NCBI GenBank assembly: GCA_040285745.1
Contig: JAUFOR010000001.1
Span: 496,001-560,000, forward strand
Origin: Barthelona sp. PCE
Lineage: Eukaryota
Reading direction: 5' to 3'
DNA: 64,000 nt
Notes under the pieces: generated by a model
Databases searched by the model: none
What the model saw: only the letters and a program-made list of their open reading frames with translations
What the model was told of the DNA's origin: nothing
Shown: positions 54,601 to 62,820 of the stretch, one piece after another
How the letters are laid out: each line of letters starts with the position of its first letter
Numbering within the stretch: the first letter of the stretch is position 1
Made by a program: the position numbers and the translations under genes

Positions 54601-55429
54601 TGATGTAGAGGATGAGGCGCTTGATCGTTTACTTGAGACAGTTGACTTTGATGATTTGCCTCGAGATCTCGTCAAATTGAGCAACGTTGGGTTCGCCCGT
54701 AGCGGAAGGTTCAAGGAAAAGGTGAGCCAGTTGTCTGAGAAGATTCATCAACTTGAAACTAAGCTAAGTGGTATGAATGCCATTTTTGACATAGACGTTA
54801 AGGTTGATGAGGTCTCAGCACGTTATAAGGAAGCAAAGCGTGTCAACACCGCCAAGCGCAAGCGTTTAAAGACTATAAGGAGTAATTTGAGGAGAGTCAG
54901 GGAGGCTCGCAGAAAACATTTTATGGATCTTTTTGAGCATGCTCGTGCCAATGTAGACAATATCTACAAGCTTCTCACGCGCAACAACACATCATCTGGC
55001 GGCTACGCGTTCCTCACAATCGATGATGACGAGACGCCCTTTGACGCCAAAGTTCGTTTCTCAGCTATGCCCCCAACGAAGAAGTACAAGGATATCTCTG
55101 CGCTTAGTGGTGGAGAACGTACTATTGCGAGCCTGGCTTTACTGTTCTCTATCCACAGTTATAGATCACCACCGTTTTTTGTTTTTGACGAAATCGATGC
55201 AGCGCTTGATGCAGCGAATGTTGAAGCTCTATCACGCTACCTTCGCTACAAGAGCAAGTTGTTCAAGGGAGACGTCACGCCACACTTTGAGGCTGACACC
55301 CCATCCCAATTGCTTGTGATCTCACTTAAGCACACTCTGTTTAGCATGGCAGACCAACTTATTGGTGTTTACAAGAAGGACGGATCCTCTCAGTCTGTTG
55401 GTTTTGATCTTACCCAATTCGATTTTTGA
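51662..55429 (+). CDS. SMC1: Cohesin subunit SMC1
   Basis: NFKSYRG..IGPF, Walker A GPNGSGKSN, hinge region, PPTKKY, LSGGERT, FDEIDAALD and ISLK. Confidence 0.92.
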   Translation: MSLVLRKLVLHNFKSYRGTHEIGPFNDFTAIIGPNGSGKSNILDAISFTFTLNSSYLRCNNLVELIHNPTALDESQDFFEEIRSCSVEAELFNNDTKVATMLSRTLRHNGNSTYAVDGKRHSKKEYVDILESMAIFPTINNFIVFQGQVSTVSHFDPTQLTEIFEKVSGSGQLKEEYDSLMAEQEAFTIETLNYRREFKDIEQEARYYKEMEAKNREIANIKAEIADTVLTKAVFSLAFYKNVIDSAKGELEKARYDLEVANQSQLDFSMEMKDLSISVETLAKKTTKSAGEIKSLKRMRHRTERELQRSKQTVGTVELSIKSLNREMEQLASGKNTAELEVASLEELIAAVETDIAELKDQYNEKVGSASAIFQDEALLNQFDELCQEANILSLEKRRELERNDAVLRSLRQSLIQTRGSLSAFNEKKYRGAIKRDSILKEMATKRTKLTTAHEELRAADSAVNNRTNTVAELISERNRLEYHKDSINQEISSQKISKSEFNRRRKRVQTLGILKRVFSGVRGVLTDLITPVSEEYQLAIQVALGRHVSSVVVDTIDTALACAAHLRLKRLPPMTFLPIESIEDFEASHHLFHLTKSLELMNEDDMASAFDGCVLAHECLECEEGVEKVVRFALKDCMICPDMRTARVVAYARPPDVANIFKGLGIPNKVRTVTVDGRMIQKSGVLSVGLGSFAASNSFDEERLVNLMNDLTGVEADIVSVRERISRVPDESEAADVQRRCVVNVASIEGEIQMLSDKCERENAALERFDSEVQRLTDQMQHCESEISAKEDDRVSLLQEIEGIEEAVFGQLSQTDVDLVEIRRVQLSREEIESEYKTEMAQLNEKRAQHAQRLQFARSALLNADVAERFARRLSKRQSRLRQANSDLVTYTAELRELDAKLLDESKIYKSSKQRYRQALQSLDSFKLHVTQNITRMSTLQHGVCEYEAVILDSRLRCSSILRKMEIPNTSEGFVRLRDDVEDEALDRLLETVDFDDLPRDLVKLSNVGFARSGRFKEKVSQLSEKIHQLETKLSGMNAIFDIDVKVDEVSARYKEAKRVNTAKRKRLKTIRSNLRRVREARRKHFMDLFEHARANVDNIYKLLTRNNTSSGGYAFLTIDDDETPFDAKVRFSAMPPTKKYKDISALSGGERTIASLALLFSIHSYRSPPFFVFDEIDAALDAANVEALSRYLRYKSKLFKGDVTPHFEADTPSQLLVISLKHTLFSMADQLIGVYKKDGSSQSVGFDLTQFDF

Positions 55430-55447
55430 TTAATAAAAAAAAATTAT

Positions 55448-56722
55448 TTACAGTTTGATGGTTGCAATGTCTATATCCATTGCCTCGACGTCAGGAATAG
55501 CCGGGGATGGTGAGGGGTTGAATGAATTGGCTTCATCATACTCCGCCGTGAGACGATCTATCAGTTTTCGAGATAAAGAGTACTTAAAACCGTGAGTTAG
55601 TATTTCATCGATCGAGTCAACTTCTGCAATACCACGTGTGAGAAAAGCAGCCATTTCAAACTGGTCCATCGCTTTGATTTCATTCTTTCTTGAGGTCAGT
55701 AAACCCAGTGACACACGATAAAACATCTTTGGACCTTCTGACAAAAGCATATCCATGAAACGAAGACAAAAAGTGAAGGGGTAGTTGTACAAAAACAAGG
55801 AGAAGTACATCGACTGCGTTGCCATCATCCAGTCACCACCACATCGCTCCATATGATCCAATAGTCCTGGGAGGAACTTACGGATGATTCCTGACTGAAC
55901 AAATGTGCTCCTGTGTATACCTGGTAGGCCCTGGAGGAAATTCAGCCTTAACATCCATGGTTCATCGTGTAGAAGTGAGAGCATACAGTAAAAAGCATCT
56001 TCTTCGCTCATATACATTAGAAAAACGCCTGTGATGAAACCCATACCTTGTACGTACCCCAAATCCAAGTCATAATTCACCACTGAATGCAACACGTTTC
56101 TCAATTGATCTATCATCATGTTGTTTCTGTCGAGAAATAGAGTATTTTTGGGGAATGTTCTTTCCAGGTCTTTAGAGATATCGTATTCAATTTTATCGGG
56201 GAGGGGTTTGTTTAAAAAGTAAAGGTACAGGTCAGGGTGACTTAACTTTTTATCTTCTACTCTAAGAAGTTTACGCCACAATTCTGCACGAAAATGATCA
56301 GGTACACATGTTCTGATGAGCTTCTTTAACCTCTTTTGATGTCTATTAGAAGCACGTCCAAGGGGATTCCAGTAAAACTTGTCGAAATTAGATAGAATTT
56401 CGTTATACTCCTTTAAATACGATAATTCTTCTTCTAATATTTCCCTGTCTCGTTCACCCATGTTCTCTTTTTCATTTAGAAGAAAACCGAAGCGATCTTG
56501 AGGTACATTCGAAAGATAATTCTCCACACTTTGTATAATAGCTTTTTCATCGTCATCATCATAGTCCACGTCCGAGTCTGTTGAAACTGATGCTTCGCTT
56601 AACTCCCCCATCTTTAACTTTAGTAGCTTTTGTGAGTCAATCTGTGATAGCCTACGCTGTGTTCGCCAAATCGCTTGTTCGCGCTCTAGATCGAGGTTTA
56701 CGCTCTTTGGAGAATACTCCAT
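55448..56722 (-). CDS. TBC-domain Rab GTPase-activating protein
   Basis: R finger ISKDLERTFP, Q finger YVQGMG and EEDAF. Confidence 0.92.
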   Translation of the reverse strand: MEYSPKSVNLDLEREQAIWRTQRRLSQIDSQKLLKLKMGELSEASVSTDSDVDYDDDDEKAIIQSVENYLSNVPQDRFGFLLNEKENMGERDREILEEELSYLKEYNEILSNFDKFYWNPLGRASNRHQKRLKKLIRTCVPDHFRAELWRKLLRVEDKKLSHPDLYLYFLNKPLPDKIEYDISKDLERTFPKNTLFLDRNNMMIDQLRNVLHSVVNYDLDLGYVQGMGFITGVFLMYMSEEDAFYCMLSLLHDEPWMLRLNFLQGLPGIHRSTFVQSGIIRKFLPGLLDHMERCGGDWMMATQSMYFSLFLYNYPFTFCLRFMDMLLSEGPKMFYRVSLGLLTSRKNEIKAMDQFEMAAFLTRGIAEVDSIDEILTHGFKYSLSRKLIDRLTAEYDEANSFNPSPSPAIPDVEAMDIDIATIKL

Positions 56723-56851
56723 TTGTTTAAAAGTCCAGTATAAAAGTGAGAAACCAACAACAAATATAGAATTGCTGCAATTGATTTTTATTTTTATAGC
56801 ACAGCATTACACCTGCTATTGCACAACACAAAGCCCTGTTTAGACATCAGA

Positions 56852-57352
56852 TCATTCCTCCTCGTCTTTATCCCCAACTAATGTGTTAATGATAGAATGC
56901 AACTGATCCTCTGAGTATGAGTCTGTTCGGCGAACCTTCCGCATGCGAATGGCAGCCATTCCGCCTATGTTCATATCCCAACCAAGCAAAAACTCAACAT
57001 TTCCTTTTTTTGTTAAGTCAGGTACATCGACACCAATTCCAAAAGCTTCAATTTCCTTGTCTTTCAACAGCTGCAGTGCCCTGGCCTTGACGGAGCCCTT
57101 TTTGCTAATGTTTTCAAGCATATCATCGTTACGCTGAAAAAACATAACGGTTAGTGCATAAATCTCATCGTATGTGTATTCTTCACGGTCAATGTGCTGT
57201 ACCTGGGTGGCAAACCACCTAGCCCTTTCAAAGACAGGATCTGGCTTGATTTTTTTTGCGTTTTTTTTTGCTTTTCTCTTGATGTTCTTTTGCATCCATC
57301 TGGCTTTTCTACTGTCCGGGTGGATAACTTTGTTGTTCTTTGGCCTGCCCAT
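56852..57352 (-). CDS. TMA16: Translation machinery-associated protein 16
   Basis: IHPDSRKA and VPDLT...NV..L..WD motifs. Confidence 0.75.
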   Translation of the reverse strand: MGRPKNNKVIHPDSRKARWMQKNIKRKAKKNAKKIKPDPVFERARWFATQVQHIDREEYTYDEIYALTVMFFQRNDDMLENISKKGSVKARALQLLKDKEIEAFGIGVDVPDLTKKGNVEFLLGWDMNIGGMAAIRMRKVRRTDSYSEDQLHSIINTLVGDKDEEE

Positions 57353-57411
57353 GTTTTCGTTCGTGCTTGAATTAGGTTAAATAAGTGCAAACAACTTTTT
57401 CTCGAGTTTCA

Positions 57412-58356
57412 ATGGGCTTTAAATTATTGCAGGTGGTCCGCTGCGGGATCGGGGAAGTTTCTGATGCACGTTTTTTGAACTCAAATGAGCTAGTTGCAGT
57501 AACGCATACCGGTGAGTGTTTTATTGTTGATTTATCTCAAAATCAAGTAATTAGACACAAAAATTTCGGCGTACCTTTGTCAGGTGTGTCATGCACAGAT
57601 GATTATATTGTAATAACATCACAGACTGGATTTTTATCTGTTTATATGACGGATTTCACAACCGTTTTTTCATATCAGTATTCTTTTTCTGCGATGAAGG
57701 CCGTGGAGGCACGCGTTGTGGGAGACCGCTTACACCTTTTGGGCCCCACTGAAACTGGAGAACAATGTATGTATTTGATTTTTAACATTGTTAGCAATAC
57801 CAAAGAAGCTGATTATATCTTGTCGTATCCACAAGATGTTACAGATGAGAACCCGTATGGGTTTGTAGTTGGTTGGAATCTGCAACCACTAGCCACTCTA
57901 CACGAAGGCGGCCAGCTTCTCATATATAATCAGCCTCATAACCGACCCGTCGCGTCTTTTAACTTCGAGGGGGTGTGCACGTGTCTTTCATATGTACCAA
58001 AATTTTCGGCTTTTGCTATCGGATTCGTCAGCGGATTTGTAACACTATTCAATGATCATCCTCTTATTAGTGTTCGTGCAGCCCCATTACCCACAAAAGA
58101 GACACATGAATCGCTTGGATTCTCCGGTGTCAACAACGTACGGAACATTGGAAGTACTTTATTTGTTAGTATTTGGGATGGTAGTTGCTTAATGATAAAA
58201 AGAGGCCGTGTGTATGATCGATTTTTACCAAAGGAACTAACTGCGTATTATGGAGAGGATGCGAGGCGCCATTCAGGCATTATTGACATTGATGTAAGTA
58301 CAAAACGGTTATTATTTGCAAGAACTGAAGGAAAAATATATATCTTGAGCTGTTAA
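57412..58356 (+). CDS. WD40-like repeat protein (possibly ASA1/GNB1L-like)
   Basis: Beta-propeller-like spacing and a VSIWDG motif. ATG at 57412. Confidence 0.6.
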   Translation: MGFKLLQVVRCGIGEVSDARFLNSNELVAVTHTGECFIVDLSQNQVIRHKNFGVPLSGVSCTDDYIVITSQTGFLSVYMTDFTTVFSYQYSFSAMKAVEARVVGDRLHLLGPTETGEQCMYLIFNIVSNTKEADYILSYPQDVTDENPYGFVVGWNLQPLATLHEGGQLLIYNQPHNRPVASFNFEGVCTCLSYVPKFSAFAIGFVSGFVTLFNDHPLISVRAAPLPTKETHESLGFSGVNNVRNIGSTLFVSIWDGSCLMIKRGRVYDRFLPKELTAYYGEDARRHSGIIDIDVSTKRLLFARTEGKIYILSC

Positions 58357-58367
58357 TATGAAGGATA

Positions 58368-58937
58368 TTATTCTTCAATGTAGCAGAGATAGATGAATTC
58401 ACTGAACGACAGACGTCCATCACTGTTTAGATCAAAAGGTCTCATCATTGCTTCAACAAAATCATCATCTACGTTTTCTCCTAACCTTACAAGGGCTCTC
58501 TTCAGTGATTTCTTTGTAATTTCCCCGTTAACATCTGTAAACATTTCAAAAACCATCTTCAAATCGCTTAAACTCGAAGAAAAAGCGTTATCTGGAATAG
58601 ATGGTAATATACTCGCAAGAAATACCTCAAATCCTGGCTGTTCCACCGCTCCAGTGGCGATGAGATGGCAGTACTTTAATACATCGTCGGAAGGAAGAGG
58701 TACGTTTCTGTTACGTAGATTCTCTACAATTTGCTCCAAGGTAAGCGGTTTACCCATGTTCTTTGACTCGCATAAGTATGCGTAAAACGATTTTAGAACC
58801 TCTATTTTGCCCGGAAGAGTACTTTCTGAACGTTGTAAATTAGAAGTGTTTTGTTTGACAGCAAATGGGTTATTTTCCTCAGGAGGAGCCTCGTTGTCTT
58901 CCAAAGGAACGTCTAATTCATTAGTTTCATCACTCAT
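58368..58937 (-). CDS. EF-hand (calmodulin/centrin-like) protein
   Basis: LKMVFEMF.DVNGEIT...L...LGE and DLNSDGRLSFSEF. Confidence 0.85.
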   Translation of the reverse strand: MSDETNELDVPLEDNEAPPEENNPFAVKQNTSNLQRSESTLPGKIEVLKSFYAYLCESKNMGKPLTLEQIVENLRNRNVPLPSDDVLKYCHLIATGAVEQPGFEVFLASILPSIPDNAFSSSLSDLKMVFEMFTDVNGEITKKSLKRALVRLGENVDDDFVEAMMRPFDLNSDGRLSFSEFIYLCYIEE

Positions 58938-59087
58938 ATGTTGAATGGCAGATTAGTTTAATTGCAAGAATTTTTCAATGTTGGAAGGACTACAAAGGTT
59001 TATTAACAGGGTTATAGTTATTCTTCCGTTCAAAAATAGAAATAACCAAAAAATTTCCAGATTTCAAAACTGATTTTTTTAATCAAT

Positions 59088-60827
59088 TTATGATGAAACT
59101 GTGATTGGCAAAAAATCATTAACATCAACTGTAACTTGCTGTGAAAGACCTGAAAAATGATCATCCAAACAGTATGATAATGCAATATTCTTTGTTGAAT
59201 TCGAAGAAAACACAATTCTTTTCACAAAAAGTGGGAAAAACTTATTTGTTTTGCTTGAAACTACTCTAAAACCATGAGATCCATCGTTTTTAAACGAAAG
59301 AAACACATAAATTGTTGTATTCTTCACTTGAATGCGATTACCTTTCTTTGCTATATCATCGTCAAACGACCAAAATAAAATTTGTGCTCTTTCCTGTTCA
59401 TCAATTTCCAAAGACATAGAATGCATGAAACAAAGCAAAGAATTATCAACATGAACAGTAGGTATATATACGTTAGTCCTCATTGAATCTTTTTCTCGAT
59501 AATTCTTAACAAAACCTCTAATCTCGTCAAAAATGATACCATCAAAGGTTATACGTTCCTGGAGTAGTAACTGAAACTTTATCCAATTGTAAGACATGTG
59601 CAAATTATACAGATCTACGTTTGCAGATGAATCCATCAATTTCATGGCCAGGCACCCCTCTGAGAACTGTAGGGGCAGAGATACGAACACTACATTACTA
59701 TTAATGCAGTCATTTATGTACTTAATATATTCTTGCAAAACATATACTTCAAACCCAACAGTTCCGGTTATAAAAACGTTCGTCTCGTCGTAGATACCGA
59801 TTTCATTAAGCCAATTGAATAACAATTTAACATTATTTCTCTGCACAGGTACAAAAACAATCTCTTGAGAAAGACTTTGCTCCGGAAGAACTAATTTTGT
59901 CGAAGCAGCACGTTCCCTCTCCTTAATAAGCTCCGGGCTTGCACTTGCCATTCTTGAAATTATAGCTTTAGGTTGAATACTGTCAAAAAATTCTGTAAAA
60001 TTCTCTTCTTCCTGTTTTTCAAAGTTAATCTCAAAACTTTCAGCGGTATGTGAAAGAAATGGTGATATTGTTCGTTCATGAAACTTTAATGCCAATTTTT
60101 CTTGCATTTCACAGAAAAAGTCAACAAAATCTATAGTGTCTTTGGAATATTCAAACAACCATATAGGAGGAGGTTGTTGTTTTGACTTTATAGCTTCCTC
60201 AAGCACGGATTTGTTAAAATTTTGGAATTCTTTCAAAATAATCTTGTGGTCTATGCTTAATTCATACTTTCTAGGGTTGTATGTAACGGTGTCGGCTTTG
60301 ATATATTCCATAAAAGAAGGTAGTAGTTCAAAAGGGATGGAAAAAATATCCAAAGTCACTTGTCCCATTTCTTTACCTACGCTGGGAGCAATAACCGATG
60401 TTGTGAGACCGTTTATAGGTTGCTCTATGATATCAACAATGGGTACATGTTTGACGGCATATCTTTTCACTTTCTTCGTTCTGTGCTTCCTTTGACGTTG
60501 GAATGTTATCCTGACTGTCTCTGAGAAGTTTTCAACAAAATGATGGTTGTATGGGAAGTAAAATAAATACTTTAAAGGAATAGACATTGCGTCACTGAAT
60601 GAAAAATCTTGTACGTCAATACGATGTGATGCACAGACCCTGTTGTGGTCGCTCAGGCTGATTCCCACCTGAAAATATGTCGACTCATCTGATAAAGGAG
60701 CTGTCAGAGTAGTACTATGCAATTGAACAACAAGAACCCTTGGATTGATATAAGAATGGTGCAAACTCTTATCATCGAGGAAGTTATGAGACTGAATTAC
60801 AGGAAATGAAGCCCCAGAACCGCTCAT
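59088..60827 (-). CDS. PACS-like (phosphofurin acidic cluster sorting) protein
   Basis: N-terminal ...F.FPYNHHF......RITFQRQRKHR...YAVKHVPIVDIIEQP resembles the PACS furin-binding region. VFITG...YVLQEY...FVSLPL....LA..L...Y.....NW resembles the PACS C-terminal domain. Confidence 0.6.
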   Translation of the reverse strand: MSGSGASFPVIQSHNFLDDKSLHHSYINPRVLVVQLHSTTLTAPLSDESTYFQVGISLSDHNRVCASHRIDVQDFSFSDAMSIPLKYLFYFPYNHHFVENFSETVRITFQRQRKHRTKKVKRYAVKHVPIVDIIEQPINGLTTSVIAPSVGKEMGQVTLDIFSIPFELLPSFMEYIKADTVTYNPRKYELSIDHKIILKEFQNFNKSVLEEAIKSKQQPPPIWLFEYSKDTIDFVDFFCEMQEKLALKFHERTISPFLSHTAESFEINFEKQEEENFTEFFDSIQPKAIISRMASASPELIKERERAASTKLVLPEQSLSQEIVFVPVQRNNVKLLFNWLNEIGIYDETNVFITGTVGFEVYVLQEYIKYINDCINSNVVFVSLPLQFSEGCLAMKLMDSSANVDLYNLHMSYNWIKFQLLLQERITFDGIIFDEIRGFVKNYREKDSMRTNVYIPTVHVDNSLLCFMHSMSLEIDEQERAQILFWSFDDDIAKKGNRIQVKNTTIYVFLSFKNDGSHGFRVVSSKTNKFFPLFVKRIVFSSNSTKNIALSYCLDDHFSGLSQQVTVDVNDFLPITVSS

Positions 60828-60859
60828 TCATGTTACTGGTATTAAAACTTTTTATAGGT

Positions 60860-61498
60860 ATGACTACTGATTTCAGTTCGCTTGCACAGCTGCACTCATA
60901 CAGTCTCGCCTCATACTGGGATGCACGTTATGTTTTATCGGATGCGCATACAGTTTTTGATTGGCTTCAACCCGCTCAAGCATTTTTTGATATTTTAAGT
61001 CCAAGTCTTGAGTCAAATGATGAGATTTTGGTTGTAGGTTGTGGTAACTCTGACCTTATACGCCTTCTTTATCAGAACAATTATTGCTTGTTAACTGCTA
61101 TAGATTTTTCAGAGGTTCTAATCCATCAACAAGTGAAAAGATACGAACAGTACCCCGAGATCGAATTTACGATGATGAATATGTGTCATATGACTTACCC
61201 CAATGGAAATTTCAACAAAATCATCGATAAAGGATCCATGGATTGTCTACTGACCAATATGTCAACTGCACCATTCGAACAGGCATTGGGCGAGGTGTAC
61301 CGTTGTCTCAAAGATGGTGGATGCTTTTTTTCCTTGAGTCATGCTTGTGAACGAGTACGATTATCTCATTTTGAAGTGTATAACTGGGACATCCGAGTTT
61401 TTCCAATCAAAAGAGTCACATCACGTGCAGTAGAGCATGTGACGGCGACCCCATTGCCAAGTACTGACTATCATTATCTATATGTCTGTGTGAAATAA
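60860..61498 (+). CDS. SAM-dependent methyltransferase (EEF1AKMT4/METTL13 N-terminal type)
   Basis: YWDARY, FDW, ILVVGCGNS, IDFS and IIDKGSMD. ATG at 60860. Confidence 0.85.
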   Translation: MTTDFSSLAQLHSYSLASYWDARYVLSDAHTVFDWLQPAQAFFDILSPSLESNDEILVVGCGNSDLIRLLYQNNYCLLTAIDFSEVLIHQQVKRYEQYPEIEFTMMNMCHMTYPNGNFNKIIDKGSMDCLLTNMSTAPFEQALGEVYRCLKDGGCFFSLSHACERVRLSHFEVYNWDIRVFPIKRVTSRAVEHVTATPLPSTDYHYLYVCVK

Positions 61499-61509
61499 CA
61501 AGATTTTGT

Positions 61510-61989
61510 TTATTGTACACTCTTTCGAACCAATTCAACAGCAATCCATTCTAGGTCATGGACTGTGTCAGCAACGAGGTTCTCTAAGTTCTCTGAACGC
61601 TCAAATACACGATTTAATAAACCTTCCATGATTGGAACTAAAGTAGGATAAACATTTTCCAATAAATACTCGGATTTCTCTTCTCCAATATCAGGAAGAA
61701 GCTTATCTAGGACTTGCCTGCACGTTGGAGTTGTGCTCTGCAATAAATCCTCTGGTTCAAAAGTACTGTGTGGGAATGGGAGATTTGGATCTATTTCTCC
61801 TTCAAGAATGACTTCAAGGACCGGTAAAGTTCTGATATAACCGGGGAATGTGAGTCTAGGGTACAAAGGATGTGTTCTAGCTATCATAATATTTCTTTTT
61901 TCTAATATTTTGAAGCCTTGTTCTGTCAAACTGGGCATAAATGCGTTAAAATCAGCAATTTGCTGTGTAAGAATACCAATCTTTGACAT
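61510..61989 (-). CDS. Degenerate NDK-like plus Dpy-30-like protein (NME5/RSP23-like?)
   Basis: GFKILEKR...YI...PV...IL pattern and a C-terminal EYL.ENVYPTL...EWIA.EL. Confidence 0.4.
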   Translation of the reverse strand: MSKIGILTQQIADFNAFMPSLTEQGFKILEKRNIMIARTHPLYPRLTFPGYIRTLPVLEVILEGEIDPNLPFPHSTFEPEDLLQSTTPTCRQVLDKLLPDIGEEKSEYLLENVYPTLVPIMEGLLNRVFERSENLENLVADTVHDLEWIAVELVRKSVQ

Positions 61990-62135
61990 TAAAATGGAAT
62001 AATATCGCAGAAAGAGGTAAAAAAAAATACGACAATCCTCTCAAAACACAAGGCTTCTAAAAAGATATTCATTTACTGTAGAACGTTAATCTCAGCCATC
62101 AACATAAACTTAATGAGAACAAGTCCATGAGACGA

Positions 62136-62501
62136 TTACATTCCTTTGCGATCGGAACGAGGTCTAAAACATCGTTCCACTGGTAATTCAGAAATAATAC
62201 CAGGGTGTAGCTTCATAAAAACACAAGCATCCTCGTCGTAAGTGCATAGATAATGTGCCAAAGATGGCTGAATTAATAAAAACTCAGAAATAATGGTGCT
62301 ACTTATGTTTTCGTTATAATACCCCAATAAAAACAACTCCTTCATCATCGAATCTGGGTCATATACTGAAAAAACAAAAAATTTATCAAAAAATGATGAA
62401 TTTTCTACATTTATATCAAATGTCTCTTCCCCAAACGTCAAAACCTGTTCAATTTCAGTCCTGAACAGATCAAGCAGTGACTTTAGCCGTTCATTTTGCA
62501 T
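62136..62501 (-). CDS. Hypothetical protein
   Basis: 121-aa ATG-started ORF filling the intergenic gap. Confidence 0.5.
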   Translation of the reverse strand: MQNERLKSLLDLFRTEIEQVLTFGEETFDINVENSSFFDKFFVFSVYDPDSMMKELFLLGYYNENISSTIISEFLLIQPSLAHYLCTYDEDACVFMKLHPGIISELPVERCFRPRSDRKGM

Positions 62502-62513
62502 GAAAAGGAATCA

Positions 62514-62786
62514 TTATTGCAAAACAGCCAAAATATCTGCAAAATCAACAAATGCATGATTTTCACCACCAAACGACAATGTATCCCGGTTAAACTTGGG
62601 TAATACTAATATATCACCCCTATCAAAAGCAACAATATTCTCATCTAAAGCAATAACCTCACCAAAACGCGGTTGTTCATCTGATTTAACAATAATATCA
62701 CTGTGAATAGGCTTATGAAGAAGCTTTACAAGCACTCTATTGAGTAGAGGCTTGATGCGAGAAGGGTTAACATCCATTTTACACAT
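62514..62786 (-). CDS. cpn10: Chaperonin 10 (Cpn10/Hsp10)
   Basis: IKPLLNRVLVK, GEVIAL, GDILVLPKF and DILAVL; typical size. Confidence 0.75.
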   Translation of the reverse strand: MCKMDVNPSRIKPLLNRVLVKLLHKPIHSDIIVKSDEQPRFGEVIALDENIVAFDRGDILVLPKFNRDTLSFGGENHAFVDFADILAVLQ

Positions 62787-62820
62787 TAAAATTTAACAAA
62801 TCGAAACTGTATCATATATA

